From contig NC_057728.1 of NCBI RefSeq assembly GCF_004010195.1, positions 53,715,287 through 53,735,286 of the forward strand: 20,000 nucleotides of DNA, in the 5' to 3' direction. Under the pieces are notes generated by a model. It did no database searches, was not told the DNA's origin, and worked only from the letters and a program-made list of their open reading frames with translations. Below are positions 1-11,040 of this stretch, one piece after another; the stretch's first letter is position 1; every line of letters starts with the position of its first letter. The position numbers and the translations under genes were made by a program. The DNA is from Chiloscyllium plagiosum (Eukaryota).

Positions 1-574
1 CAAGGGTACAGGAGATATGCTACTCTTCAGGAGAAAAATTAGTGTGTGAGCTGTCAGGTGATACATCTTTAAAGCTAGTTATGACATTGAAGCAGTAAAA
101 TAGCTGTCCGGATCATTTAGAGTCTCCATGTCAAAACACATTTGGACTGATTTGAACTGTATAGCATAGTGAGTGAAGGATCAATGTAGAATCACTTGAT
201 AAATCAACTGAAAAAATTGTACAATTTAATTCTGAAGGAACCATCTTACTTTGGTTTTCTTCAAGATTGTGTGTGTGCGCTGCTGAAACATAGATTCCGA
301 AAGCATCGCTGAGCATTGAAGGAGGAAATAAAGGAACATTGAGAGGCAAACAGAAATTGATTTCAGATGGATGAACCCAAATGAGCATGTTTTTTAAACT
401 GGGCTAACAATTATCCCTAATATCATGAAAGACTGATTTTGTTTGTTTGTTTTCAATTTATATATGGCTGGCCAGCATTTATTGCCCTAGTTGTCCTAGA
501 AAAGGTGGTTAAGTGCTGCTTTTTTGAACCATGTATATTTTGTGTACAGAAAGCTCCCACAAATGGTAATTTGT

Positions 575-666
575 TGTGTTTCCAGCATTATAGTCGTCAC
601 TTCAGAACTTCTTCTTTGGCTGTAAAATGCTTTGGGGCATTGAGCACATGTGAGGCTTTCTGTAAC
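575..666 (+). repeat. Decayed SINE/LINE 3' tail fragment
   Basis: CACTTCAGAACTTCTTCTTTGGCTGTAAAATGCTTTGGG resembles 3139-3178 (CACTTCAAAACCACTTCATTAGCTGTAAAGCACTTTGGG), a tail I recall from ancient vertebrate SINEs. Confidence 0.45.
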
Positions 667-1354
667 GAGTTTTGAGAAGATCTTTTGCTCAGGTTGAGGT
701 TCTGGATGTAGGTTTGCTCACTGAGCTGGAAGATTCATTTTCAGATGTTTTGTCACCATAATAGATAACATCATTAGTGAGTTTCCGGATGAAGCACTTG
801 TGGTATGGGCCACTTCCTATTTATGTGTTTAGGTTTCCTTGGATTGGTAATGTCAATTCCTGTGGTGACATCATTTCATATGTTGATGTAATTTCCTGTT
901 CTTTTTCTCAGGGGGTGGTAAATGGGATCCAAGTCAATGAGTTTGTTGTTGGAGTTCCGGTTGGAATTCCATGCTTCTAGGAATTTGTGTGCAAGTCTCT
1001 GTTTGGCTTATCCTATGATGGATGTGTTGTCCCTGTCGAAGTGGTGTCCTCCTCATCTGTATGTAAGGAAAGTAGTGAGAGTGGGTCGTGTCTTTTTGTG
1101 CCTAGTTGATTTTCATGTATCCTAGTGGCTAGTTTTCTGCCTGTTTGTCCAATGTAGTGTTTGTTACAGTTTTTGAAAGGTGTTTTGTGAATGATATTAG
1201 TTTTGCTTATTGTCTGTATAGGGTCTTTCAAGTTCATTAGCTGCTGTTTTAGTGTGTTGGTGGGTTTGTGGGCTACCATTATGCCAAGAGATCTGAGTAT
1301 TCTGGCAGTCATTTCCGAGATGTTCCAACACACTAAAACAGCAGCTAATGAACT
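667..1354 (-). mobile_element. 5'-truncated Penelope-like retroelement (Poseidon-type): GIY-YIG endonuclease remnant plus 3' terminus
   Basis: ORF 1013..1453(-) contains HKPTNTLKQQL..KDPI..NIIHKTPFKNCNKHYIGQTGRKLATRIHE, a GIY-YIG domain of PLE type with no Zn-finger linker. There is a degenerate hammerhead at 741-780 and a 30-bp fold-back at the 5' junction (1325-1354). Confidence 0.85.
741..780 (-). ncRNA. Degenerate minimal hammerhead ribozyme motif in the PLE terminus (probably inactive)
   Basis: Minus strand reads UCA-CUAAUGA-UGUUAUC-UAUUAU-GGUGAC-AAAACAUC-UGA. This fits CUGAUGA/helix II/GAAACGUC with G>A changes in the core. Confidence 0.5.
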
Positions 1355-1384
1355 AGAGTAACAAAATACCTTGCAATAACTGTA

Positions 1385-2530
1385 ACATAGAACATAGAAC
1401 AATACAAACCAGAACAGGCTCTTGCGCCAACCTGTGAACCAATCTAAGCCCACCCCCCTACATTATCCCATCATTATCCATGTGCTTATCCAAGGATTGT
1501 TTAAATGTTCCTAATGTGGCTGAGTTAACTGCATTGGCAGGCCGGGCATTCCACACACCTATCACTCTCTGAGTAAAGAACCTTCCTCTGACATCTATCT
1601 TAAATCTATCACCTCTCAATTTGTAGCCATGCCTCCTCGTCCAAGCTGACATCATCATCCTAGGAAAAAGACTTTAACTGTCCACCCTATCTAATACTCT
1701 GATCATCTTGTATGTCTCTATTAAATCCTGTCTTAGCCTTCTTCTCTCCAATGAGAATAGTCCCAAGTCTCTCAGACTTTCCTCATAAGACCTTCCCTCC
1801 AGACCAGGCAACATCCTGGTAAATCTCCTCTGCACCTTTTCCAATGCTTCCACATCCTTCTTGTAATGGAGCGACCAGAACTGTACGCAGTATTCCAAGT
1901 GAGGCCGCACTAGTGTTTTGTTTAGTTGCAGCATGACATTACAGCTCTGGATCTCAATCCCTCTACCAATAAAACCTAACACACCATATGCCTTCTGAAC
2001 ACAACTATCAGCTTGGGTGGCAACTTTCATGGATCTATATACATGGACACCAAGATCCCTCTGCACATCCACACTACCAAGAATCTTTCAATTGACCAGT
2101 ATCATGCCTTCCTGTTATTGTTCCCAAAGTGAATCACCTCACATTTATCTGCATTGAACTCCATTGCCACCTCTCACTCCAATTCTGCAGTTTCTCCAAG
2201 TCCCCCTGCAACCTGCAACATTCTTCCACACTGTCCATTAGTCCACCGACTTTAGTGTCATCTGTAAATTTATTAACCCATCCACCTATGCCTGCGTCCA
2301 AGTCATTTATAAAAATGACAAACAGCAGTGGTCCCAAAAAAGATTCTTGTGACACACCACTAGTAATCGGACTCCAGGCAAAATATTTTCCATCAATGAC
2401 CACTCGCTGCCTTCTTTCAGAAAGCCAATTTTTAATCCAAACTGTCAAATCACCCTCAATCCCATGCCTCTGCATTTTGTTCAACAGCCTACCATGTGGG
2501 ACCTTATCAAAGGCTTACTGAAGTACATGT
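1385..2530 (-). mobile_element. CR1 LINE, 3' part (RT C-terminal half plus 3' UTR), frameshifted
   Basis: ORFs 2134..2484 (GVSQESFLGPLLFVIFINDLD, KFTDDTKVGG), 1674..2072 (LVRPHLEYCVQFWS, LEKVQRRFTRM) and 1458..1658 (TRRHGYKL..FFTQRV). The 3' tail ACATAGAACATAGAACA is (TTCTATG)n on the minus strand. Confidence 0.95.
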
Positions 2531-2627
2531 GAAATGACAATGTAGTGGTGATACCCACCTGTTTAAGAATATGGCTTGGTCCTGTTATTGTGTGCAGGTA
2601 ATGTTGCCATAGTCTTCCTATACCACA

Positions 2628-2760
2628 AGGTAAAAACAATGACTGCAGATGCTGGAAACCAGATTCTGGATCAGTGGTGCTGGAAGAGCACAGCAATTTA
2701 GGCAGCATCCGAGGACAGGCAAAATCGACGTTTCGGGCAAAAGCCCTTCATCAGGAAGGG
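2628..2760 (-). mobile_element. ~130-bp non-autonomous Neptune-PLE terminal fragment with hammerhead and TSD
   Basis: Near-identical to 4666-4795. Flanked by the direct repeat CTTCCTATACCACA(AGG) at 2614-2630 and 2761-2777. Confidence 0.9.
2722..2757 (-). ncRNA. Minimal type-I hammerhead ribozyme motif
   Basis: Minus strand: UUC-CUGAUGA-A-GGGC-UUUU-GCCC-GAAACGUC-GAUUU. Both conserved core segments and the 4-bp helix II are intact. Confidence 0.7.
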
Positions 2761-3134
2761 CTTCCTATACCACAAGGCTGCTCTCTCCTTTCAGAGAGAC
2801 TGGTAGTGGCTTGACCAGGCAGTCACCCCACCTTAAGCAAGGAGAGAGATTGAGAAAGAGAGTCCTTCATGGTAACCTCGGCCAGTGTAGAAATTGAACC
2901 CACAGTGTTGGTATTACTGTATTGTGAAACAGTAACTTATTGTGTGAATGATGCCATCATAAACACATTACATAAATATTGGAGCAAAGCTTCATTTGTT
3001 CATTCTGGTAACTAATGCTATCATAATTGGCATACTTATAGGAAGATAAGTTAGGTATATTAAGCACCATTCCTCTTAATTTCCGAGCACGTACAACCTC
3101 CGGTGGTGTTCTTGAGTTGAATAGATCCACTGTT

Positions 3135-3225
3135 ACACCACTTCAAAACCACTTCATTAGCTGTAAAGCACTTTGGGAATCATATTGTCATGAAAAGTGT
3201 TATACAAATACAGTACTCTTTTCTT
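3135..3225 (+). repeat. Decayed SINE/LINE 3' tail fragment
   Basis: ACTTCATTAGCTGTAAAGCACTTTGGG..TGAAAAGTGTTATACAAATACAG, the same family as 575-666. Confidence 0.5.
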
Positions 3226-3744
3226 TAAAATTAGGTGTTACAAACCTTCAATTTTAGCACACCGATATGTTTGGGGACTTTTAGCAATCAATTTCCTATC
3301 CACCCCCTACCACAAAATCACACCCAGTTAATTTTTGTTGGAGTGGCAGGAGGCTTTTTCTCCCGATGTAGTATGTGTGTCCCAACAGCTATGTGATGTG
3401 TCTAGTGTGTGGGTGAAGAGAGTTAACCTAGTTCCTGCTCTCGTGTGCTAGTTTACTTCTCGCCTTCAGCCCACACCACCAGCTAGTAGCAAAAAGAGAG
3501 CCAGGTGTGCAAGTATCCATTGAGAAATCCTTATTATAGATTCCTTGTGGCAAACACGGGAACCACATGGCACCAGGCTAAGAGAAATTGTGAGGGGGTT
3601 TGATTCCTAGACATGTAATGTGCAAACCCATTGACATATGCACATGCCTCAGCAGTCATGAACCAAGCTCCCAATTATGGAAGAATAGCGCCACCGCACT
3701 GTTGATACCTGAGAGGTAGAGTTCCATACTAGCATTCTGCAGTT

Positions 3745-4665
3745 AAACCAGGGTAATTACATTGGCATGAAGGTAGATTTAAAAGGTTAACTGATAAGCA
3801 GTGGAAAATGTTTAAGGAGATAATCAAATGCTCACAATTAAAATATGTTCCAGAGAGCATGAAAGATGGTAAAAGTGGGGAAAAAGGAATCATCCATGGC
3901 TAAGCAAGGAAGTTAAAGATAACATAAAGTAGTAAGCTGGAAGTTTGAGAAACTTTCAGAGATCAACAAAGTGTTACTGAAAATTAATAAAAGAACAAAG
4001 ATAAATTTATGAAAGAAAGCATGCAACAAACTAAAAATGGATAGCAAAAGCTTCTACAAGTATATGAAAGTGAAGGGAGTAATTAAAGTAAATGTTTGCC
4101 ATTTGGAGGATGAGTCTGGCAAGTTAATAGTTGGGAACACAAATGGCAGAGACAGTGAATCGATATTTTGCCTCAGTTTTCATACTGGAGGACACTAATA
4201 CCATCCCAATCATAATAGGTAATGCAGCGTTTTCAGAAAAGGAGGAAGTTAAATTAACCATGATCACGAGGGAAAAATTACAAGGCAAGCTGTCAGGATT
4301 GAAGGCAGGCAAATCCCCAAGGTCTGATGACCTACATCCTAGATCATAAAGGAAATGAAAGCAGCGATAGTGGATCCATTGTTCTAAATATTTCAAAATT
4401 CCCATGATGTGCAAAAGACACAGTAGATTGGAAAAATCCTAATATAGCACCCCTATTCAAAAAGGGAGAAAGTAGGAGACTTTATACTAGTTCATCTGCC
4501 ATCTGTTGTTGAGAAGTTGTTAGAATCTAGTATTAAGGAAGTAATAAGACAATTGGAAAGTAAAAATGCAATCCATCAGAGTCAACGTGGTTTTGTAAAT
4601 CATGTTTGATTTATTTGTTAGAGTTCTTCAAAGATGTAACAAGCAAAGCGGATAATGGAGATCCT
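3745..4665 (+). mobile_element. Decayed CR1 LINE ORF2 (linker plus RT N-terminus), left part; continues at 8905
   Basis: MAETVNRYFASVF, LKAGKSPRSDDLHPR, NIAPLFKKG, SQRGF, LLEFFKDVTSKADNGDP, with many stops and frameshifts. Confidence 0.9.
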
Positions 4666-4700
4666 AGGTAAAAACAATGACTGCAGATGCTGGACACCAG

Positions 4701-4823
4701 ATTCTGGATTAGTGGTGCTGGAAGAGCACAGCAGGTCAGGCAGCATCTGAGGAGCAGGAAAATCGACGTTTCGGGCAAAAGCCCTTCATCAGGAATACAG
4801 GCAGAGTGCCTGAAGGGTGGAGA
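4701..4823. repeat. Left arm of a >=123-bp inverted repeat (partner 8784-8906)
   Basis: Reverse complement of 8784-8906 with 4 mismatches by manual comparison. The arm runs into the N-gap. Confidence 0.95.
4760..4797 (-). ncRNA. Minimal hammerhead ribozyme motif (intact core)
   Basis: Minus strand: UAUUC-CUGAUGA-A-GGGC-UUUU-GCCC-GAAACGUC-GAUUU. Confidence 0.7.
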
Positions 4824-5662
4824 NNNNNNNNNNNNNNNNNNNNNNNNNNNNNNNNNNNNNNNNNNNNNNNNNNNNNNNNNNNNNNNNNNNNNNNNNNNNN
4901 NNNNNNNNNNNNNNNNNNNNNNNNNNNNNNNNNNNNNNNNNNNNNNNNNNNNNNNNNNNNNNNNNNNNNNNNNNNNNNNNNNNNNNNNNNNNNNNNNNNN
5001 NNNNNNNNNNNNNNNNNNNNNNNNNNNNNNNNNNNNNNNNNNNNNNNNNNNNNNNNNNNNNNNNNNNNNNNNNNNNNNNNNNNNNNNNNNNNNNNNNNNN
5101 NNNNNNNNNNNNNNNNNNNNNNNNNNNNNNNNNNNNNNNNNNNNNNNNNNNNNNNNNNNNNNNNNNNNNNNNNNNNNNNNNNNNNNNNNNNNNNNNNNNN
5201 NNNNNNNNNNNNNNNNNNNNNNNNNNNNNNNNNNNNNNNNNNNNNNNNNNNNNNNNNNNNNNNNNNNNNNNNNNNNNNNNNNNNNNNNNNNNNNNNNNNN
5301 NNNNNNNNNNNNNNNNNNNNNNNNNNNNNNNNNNNNNNNNNNNNNNNNNNNNNNNNNNNNNNNNNNNNNNNNNNNNNNNNNNNNNNNNNNNNNNNNNNNN
5401 NNNNNNNNNNNNNNNNNNNNNNNNNNNNNNNNNNNNNNNNNNNNNNNNNNNNNNNNNNNNNNNNNNNNNNNNNNNNNNNNNNNNNNNNNNNNNNNNNNNN
5501 NNNNNNNNNNNNNNNNNNNNNNNNNNNNNNNNNNNNNNNNNNNNNNNNNNNNNNNNNNNNNNNNNNNNNNNNNNNNNNNNNNNNNNNNNNNNNNNNNNNN
5601 NNNNNNNNNNNNNNNNNNNNNNNNNNNNNNNNNNNNNNNNNNNNNNNNNNNNNNNNNNNNNN
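4824..5662. other. Assembly gap
   Basis: N run. Confidence 1.
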
Positions 5663-6326
5663 CCCTCTCCCACTGCAACTCTCAGGTCATTTCCTCTGCC
5701 CTGCAGCTCTTCAACCATGTCCTGAAACAGACTCGCTACTACAGCCACATTTGCTTCCTCAGTGCCTGCCTTCGTAACCAACTCATCCCGCATGGACTCC
5801 GGACCACCTTTAAACCAGCAGAGTTCGTACCCGAACAGGACAAACAGTACAGATTACAGATTCAAAAACACCAGCAACGGTTCTCCATCAAGATCCTCCG
5901 CTCCACGCTTGCAGCAATGCGCCGGTACCTAACCTCTCTACAGTCTGCCCTGCCTCAGCTGAGGGCCACACTCTCTCAGAATTGCAAAGGACCCCTTCTC
6001 TACTACATCCTCAGGAGAATTCATACTCTCAACAAACAGTATTTCAACTCCATCTCAAACATCAAAAACTGTAAGTACAACAAACTTTTATCTATCCACC
6101 TCCATAACCAGCGATCCTCAAACATTCCAGAAGATTCCCCCGGCCTCTGGAACTGCTCGGACGCCATTAGCCATTTGGCTGGTGCTGCCACCTTCCCCAC
6201 GCTAATTGATGATGTCACTTCCGCCCCCATCATGGCCCCTTCCACAGCCACTTCCGCCCCTCACAATTCCGCATGCACCACACATGACATCACTTCCACC
6301 CCTCACATCATCGCTGATGTAACACG

Positions 6327-6441
6327 NNNNNNNNNNNNNNNNNNNNNNNNNNNNNNNNNNNNNNNNNNNNNNNNNNNNNNNNNNNNNNNNNNNNNNNNNN
6401 NNNNNNNNNNNNNNNNNNNNNNNNNNNNNNNNNNNNNNNNN
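6327..6441. other. Assembly gap
   Basis: N run. Confidence 1.
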
Positions 6442-8809
6442 ACCATCCCCGCCCCCCAGAACCCTGAGGGGAACACCACTCCTTCTCTTGACTCTATCAC
6501 CATTCCCCCACCACCACACGCACTCCAGTTACAGGCTCTGCCCCTACTCCTGGCTCCACACATACACCGGGTCCCAGCTCCCAGCCCTGCCCAGTTTTCA
6601 CCATCCCTCCAGATCTCACCCTCACTGAGGATGAACGATCAGTCCTCAGCAAAGGACTCACCTTCATCCCCCTCCGCCCACGCATCAATGAATTTAATAC
6701 ACGCCGTGACGTCGAGCGCTTCTTCCGCCGCCTCCGAGCTTACTTTCACAATCAGGACTCCCGCCCACCTTCCAAGGACCCCTTCGCCCGCCTCCAACAC
6801 ACTCCATCCACCTGGAAACCCCATGCTGGCTTATTACCTGCCCTCCACCTCTTCATTTCCAACTGCAGCTGGGACATTAACCTGTCTACCCCCCTCCACA
6901 CTCCAACCTGTCACCCTCACAACACGCTGCCCTCCACTCCCTCTGCTCCAATCCCAACCTCACCATCAAGCTAGCAGATAAAGGGGGCGCAGTGGTAGTC
7001 TGGTGCATTGACCTCTACACCACTAAAGCCAGATGCCAACTCGAGGACACCTCTTCCTACCACCCCCTCGACCATGACCACACCCTCCATCACCAAACCA
7101 CCATCTCCCAGACCATACAGAACCTCATCACCTCAGGTGATCTCCCACCCACAGCTTCTAACCTCATAGTCCGGGAACCCCGCACTGCCCCGGTTCTACG
7201 TCCTTCCCAAGATCCACAAGCCTGACCACCCTGGCCGACCCATTGTCTCAGACTGCTCCTGCCCCACTGAACTCATTTCTACCTCCTCGACACTGCCCTA
7301 TCCCCCCTAGCCCAGGAACTCCCCACATACATTCGAAACACCACCCATGCCCTACACCTCCTCCAACACTTCCGTTTCCCTGGCCCCCAACGCCTCATCT
7401 TCACCATGGATATCCAGTCCCTCCACACCTCCATCCACCATGACCAGGGCCTCCAAGCCCTCCGTTTCTTCTTCTCCCAACGTCCCCAACAGTACCCTTC
7501 CACCGACACTCTCATTCAATTGGCCGAACTGGTCCTCACCCTGAACAATTTCTCCTTCGAATCCTTCCACTTCCTCCAGACCAAAGGGGTAGCCATGGGC
7601 ACATGTATGGGCCCCAGCTATGCCTGTCTCTTTGTTGGCTACATAGAACAGTCCATCTTCCGTAATTACACTGGCACCACTCCCCACCTCTTCCTCTGCT
7701 ACATTGATGACTGCATTGGGTTGGAGAGTAGGATCTGGGATGAGGTGGGGATGGGGAGATGAGCAAACTGGTGAAATCGACACTATCCCTTACTCCCAAT
7801 TCCTCCGTCTCTGCCGTATCTGCTCCCAAAAGGAGCAATTCCACTCCAGGACATCCCAGTTGGCCTCCTATTTCAAGGACCATAATTTTCCCTTCCACGT
7901 GGTCAACACTGTCCTCCAGCGCATCTCCTCCACTTCCCACACCTCAGCCCTTGAACTCCACCCCTCCAACTGCAGCAAGGTAGAACCGTCCCTGGTCCTC
8001 ACCTTTCACCCCACCAGTCTTTGGATACAGCGCATTATCCGCCACCACTTCTGCCACCTACAGTCAGACCCCACCACCAGGGATATATTTCCCTCCCCAC
8101 CCCTATCCACGTTCCACAGAGACCGTTTCCTATGCACTCCCTCGTTAGGTCCACGCCCCCCCCACCAATCCACCCTCCACTCCCGGCACCTTCCCTTACC
8201 ATCACAAGAGGTGTAAAATCTACACCCACACCTCCCTCCTCACCTCCGTCCAAGGCCCCAAAGGATCCTTCCACATCCAGCAGAGATTTTCCTGCACATC
8301 CAAACACCTCATCTACTGTGTCCATTGCTCTCGATGTGGTCTCCTCTACATTGGGGAGACATATTGCCAATTCGCGGAATATTTCAGAGCATATCTCTGG
8401 GACACATGCACCAAACAACCCCACCGCCCCGTGGCCCATCGTTTCAACTCCCCTTCCCACTCTGCTGAGGACATGCAGGTCCTGGGCCTCCTCCACCGCC
8501 GCTCCCTCACCACTCGACACTTGGAGGAAGAACGCCTCATCTTCTGCCTCAGAACACTTCAACTCCAGGGCATCAATGTGGGCTTCACCAGTTTCCTCAT
8601 TCCCCTCCCCCCAAGTTCCAACCTTGCAGCTCAGCACTGTCCTCATGACCTGTCCTACCTGAATATTCCTTCCCACCTATCCGCTCCACCTTCCCCTCCG
8701 ACCTATCACCTCCACCCCCCCCCCCACCCACCTCTTGTACTCTATGCTACTTTCTCCCCAACCCCACCCTCCTCTCATTTATCTCTCCACCCTTCAAGCA
8801 CTCTGCCTG

Positions 8810-8847
8810 TATTCCTAATGAAGGGCTTTTTCCCGAAACGTCGATTT
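8810..8847 (+). ncRNA. Hammerhead motif with mutated core (probably inactive)
   Basis: CUAAUGA instead of CUGAUGA, and helix II GGGC-UUUU-UCCC carries a mismatch. Confidence 0.6.
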
Positions 8848-8904
8848 TCCTGCTCCTCAGATGCTGCCTGACCTGCTGTGCTTTTCCAGCACCACTAATC
8901 CAGA

Positions 8905-9385
8905 ATAATGGAGATCCTGTAGATGTAGTGTATCTGGATTTCAAGAAGACATTTAACAAGATACTGCACAAAAAGTTAGTACACAAAGCAAGATAACATG
9001 GGGTTAGGGATAACCTATTAGCTTGGATAGAGGATTTACTTACTAACAGAAAGCAGAGTTCTGTGATGAATGGGTCTTTTCCTGTTTGCAAGATGTAATT
9101 AGTGGGTGCCACAAGGTTTGGTCCTCATGCCCCAACTATTTACAATGTATGTTAATGACTTGATTGCAGGGATAGAAAGTATGGTAGCCAAATTTGTAAA
9201 GGACACTAAAATAGGTGAAAACGTAAGTCAGAATAAAGAAATAAGAAATGTACAAAGGGAAATGGATAGGTAGGTGAACATGCCAAAGTTTGGCAGATGG
9301 GGTTGAATGTAATTAAGTGTGAGGTTATCCATTTTGGTCAGAAGAATGGAAAGGCAACTTATGTAAATACAGAGGGCTCAGAGTG
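8905..9385 (+). mobile_element. Decayed CR1 LINE RT, right part (continuation of 3745-4665)
   Basis: NGDPVDVVYLDFKKTFNKI..LAWIEDLLTNRKQ..QLFTMYVNDL..KFVKDTKIG..WQMGLNVIKCEVIHFG. It joins the left part once the PLE and one TSD copy are removed. Confidence 0.92.
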
Positions 9386-10319
9386 CTAAATTATACAAAC
9401 GGTAGTGCTTTACTTCCTTTGGACTCATGCAGGGAAGTTGAGAGTGGGACAGTTTTTTTGGGTAGTCCAGGATCTCTATTAAATCGTGCCTCGGCTTGAA
9501 CCCTGGAGAAGCCAGTCAGGTTTCCCTGAAGAATGTTAACACAACATAGGAGGCATCAGGTATAAGAAATTAGCCATATTCTGTTGACAACAGGTGATAC
9601 TGGTTCATTCTGTTGATGGGACAAATTGTCATGTCCCACTGCACAACCTGCCCCACTTCAAATTGTGCAATTCCTGACTACTAAGGTGCTAACCACCACC
9701 ATACATCTTCAGTGAGTCCTTGGAGCTGAGTATCTGCTTAATCAGTACTTAAAATCCATTAACCAGACAAGCAAATTAATAAAAATAAAGACAGATGTCA
9801 AATGTTTAGCTATCTAAAAGGTCCGGGCCATGTGCATGGGACTGACAGAAAAATTACACTTGCAGGGCATCTTTGATCAGCGTTCAGCCTTAGTTTTTCT
9901 ACAAGTGACAGGGCTCACTGAGTGGCTGACTGAACGAAAAACATTGCACATTCATCAGTTAAGGGAACAGATCAGAGGAAATGTGTGAACAAGGTATAGG
10001 CTCCACTGTCAGGAACTCACTACTCTTTATGATAAAGCCTCCAGACAAATGCTTCAGAGCAAAATCTCTTCATCTGTGTCTCAAAGCAAATAGACTCCGT
10101 TAACCTCAAATATTTACACAGCAGCATGACACAAGTGAAAGACCTGTTTTATGAAGAGGATGACATGATATCAGTAGAACCCCCAAGCCAGAGAATATTT
10201 TACAAATATGGAGTTTTGATATGAGGAGACATGGATCACAAAGATGGTCTTTCTACTTGAGACATCATAGCCTGAGAAAACTGAAAATGGACAAAGACTG
10301 CCTTAGCTCTGTTTTAATT

Positions 10320-11040
10320 TTTCATTCACAGTTTTGGGCATTGGTAACTAGGCCAGCATTTATTGACATGATGAATTGCTAGAGAAATTGCCTTCTTAAA
10401 TTGCAGCAGTCCATGTGGTGTAAGTACACCCATAGTGCTGCTGACAAGGAAGGTCCAGATTTTGACCCAGCAAGAGCAAAAGAACAGTGATACAGTTCCA
10501 AACCGGGATCGTACGGGCCTTGAAGGGGAACTATCAGGTGGCAATGTCCCATTTATCTATCCCTGTGGGTGGTAGAGTCTGTAAAATTTGGAATATTCCA
10601 AGTAAACAGCCTTGTTGAGTTGCTGCAGTGCATCTGGTAGATGGTGCGTACTGCTGTCAGCCGCTACTGTCAGTGGTGGATTTGAGTGAATGTTGAAGAT
10701 AGTGAATGTGGTGTTAATCATGTTGGTTGATTTTCCGAATGATGGTGTCAAGCTTCTTGGGTTTTGTTAGAGCTGCAGTCATCCAGGCAAATATTCCAAG
10801 ACACTCCTGACTGGTGGTCAGGCCGTGAGAATAAGAAATGAGATTGTGAAGAATTCCTTGCATGCTGTTATAGTTGCTGTATTTATATGGTTGGTCCAGT
10901 CCAGTTGCTGGTAAGTGGTAACCCTCAGGATGTTGATAATGACAATTCAACAATGATAGTACCTTTGAACGTCTTCTTGGAGATTTATGACGAATATTAT
11001 TTGCCATTTATCAGCCCAAGCTTGAATATTGTCCTGGACA
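10320..11040 (-). mobile_element. Old CR1/L2-like LINE 3' remnant (RT C-terminus plus tail)
   Basis: Minus-strand peptides INILRVT..QLDWT and FAWMTAALTKPKKLDTI. The tail TTCATTCA..GGCCAGCATTTATTG is shared with ~467, ~13408 and ~17462. Confidence 0.7.

Larger units (their letters stand above)
2603..2930 (-). mobile_element. tRNA-derived SINE (MetaSINE-like central domain), interrupted by a PLE mini-insertion
   Basis: B-box-like GGGTTCAATTTCT on the minus strand (~2889-2901). The body matches, in reverse, the copy at 13719-13908 (CCTTGC.TGAGG, GAGAG.AGCAG, ACTATGG). Confidence 0.65.
4666..8904 (+). mobile_element. Neptune-type Penelope-like element (N-terminal region, RT, Zn-linker, GIY-YIG), pseudogenised, with an inverted terminal copy and 14-bp TSD
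   Basis: SVLSKGLTFIP (~6640), ADKGGAVVVW (~6975), LPKIHKPDHPGRPIVS (~7200), FTMDIQSLHTSI, GVAMGTCMGPSYACLF, YIDDC (~7700), IPYSQFLRLCRICS, HLIYCVHCSRCGLLYIGET (~8305-8361). TSD ATAATGGAGATCCT at 4652-4665 and 8905-8918. Confidence 0.92.

Noticed and set aside
660..1386. CTGTAAC at 660-666 and 1380-1386 as a TSD of the Poseidon PLE
   Set aside because: It is only 7 bp, lies 25 bp beyond the apparent element end and overlaps the CR1 tail, so it may be chance.
4611..6981. Long ORFs of 300-764 aa in the ORF track
   Set aside because: They are artefacts of translating through N-gaps. Only 5663-6326 is a real open stretch.
7279..8676. G/E/V-rich minus-strand ORFs and P-rich alternative-frame ORFs
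   Set aside because: They are shadow frames of the C-rich PLE coding strand.
4666..8904. DNA transposon interpretation (terminal inverted repeats plus TSD)
   Set aside because: The interior encodes PLE RT and GIY-YIG with no transposase, and the arms are asymmetric.
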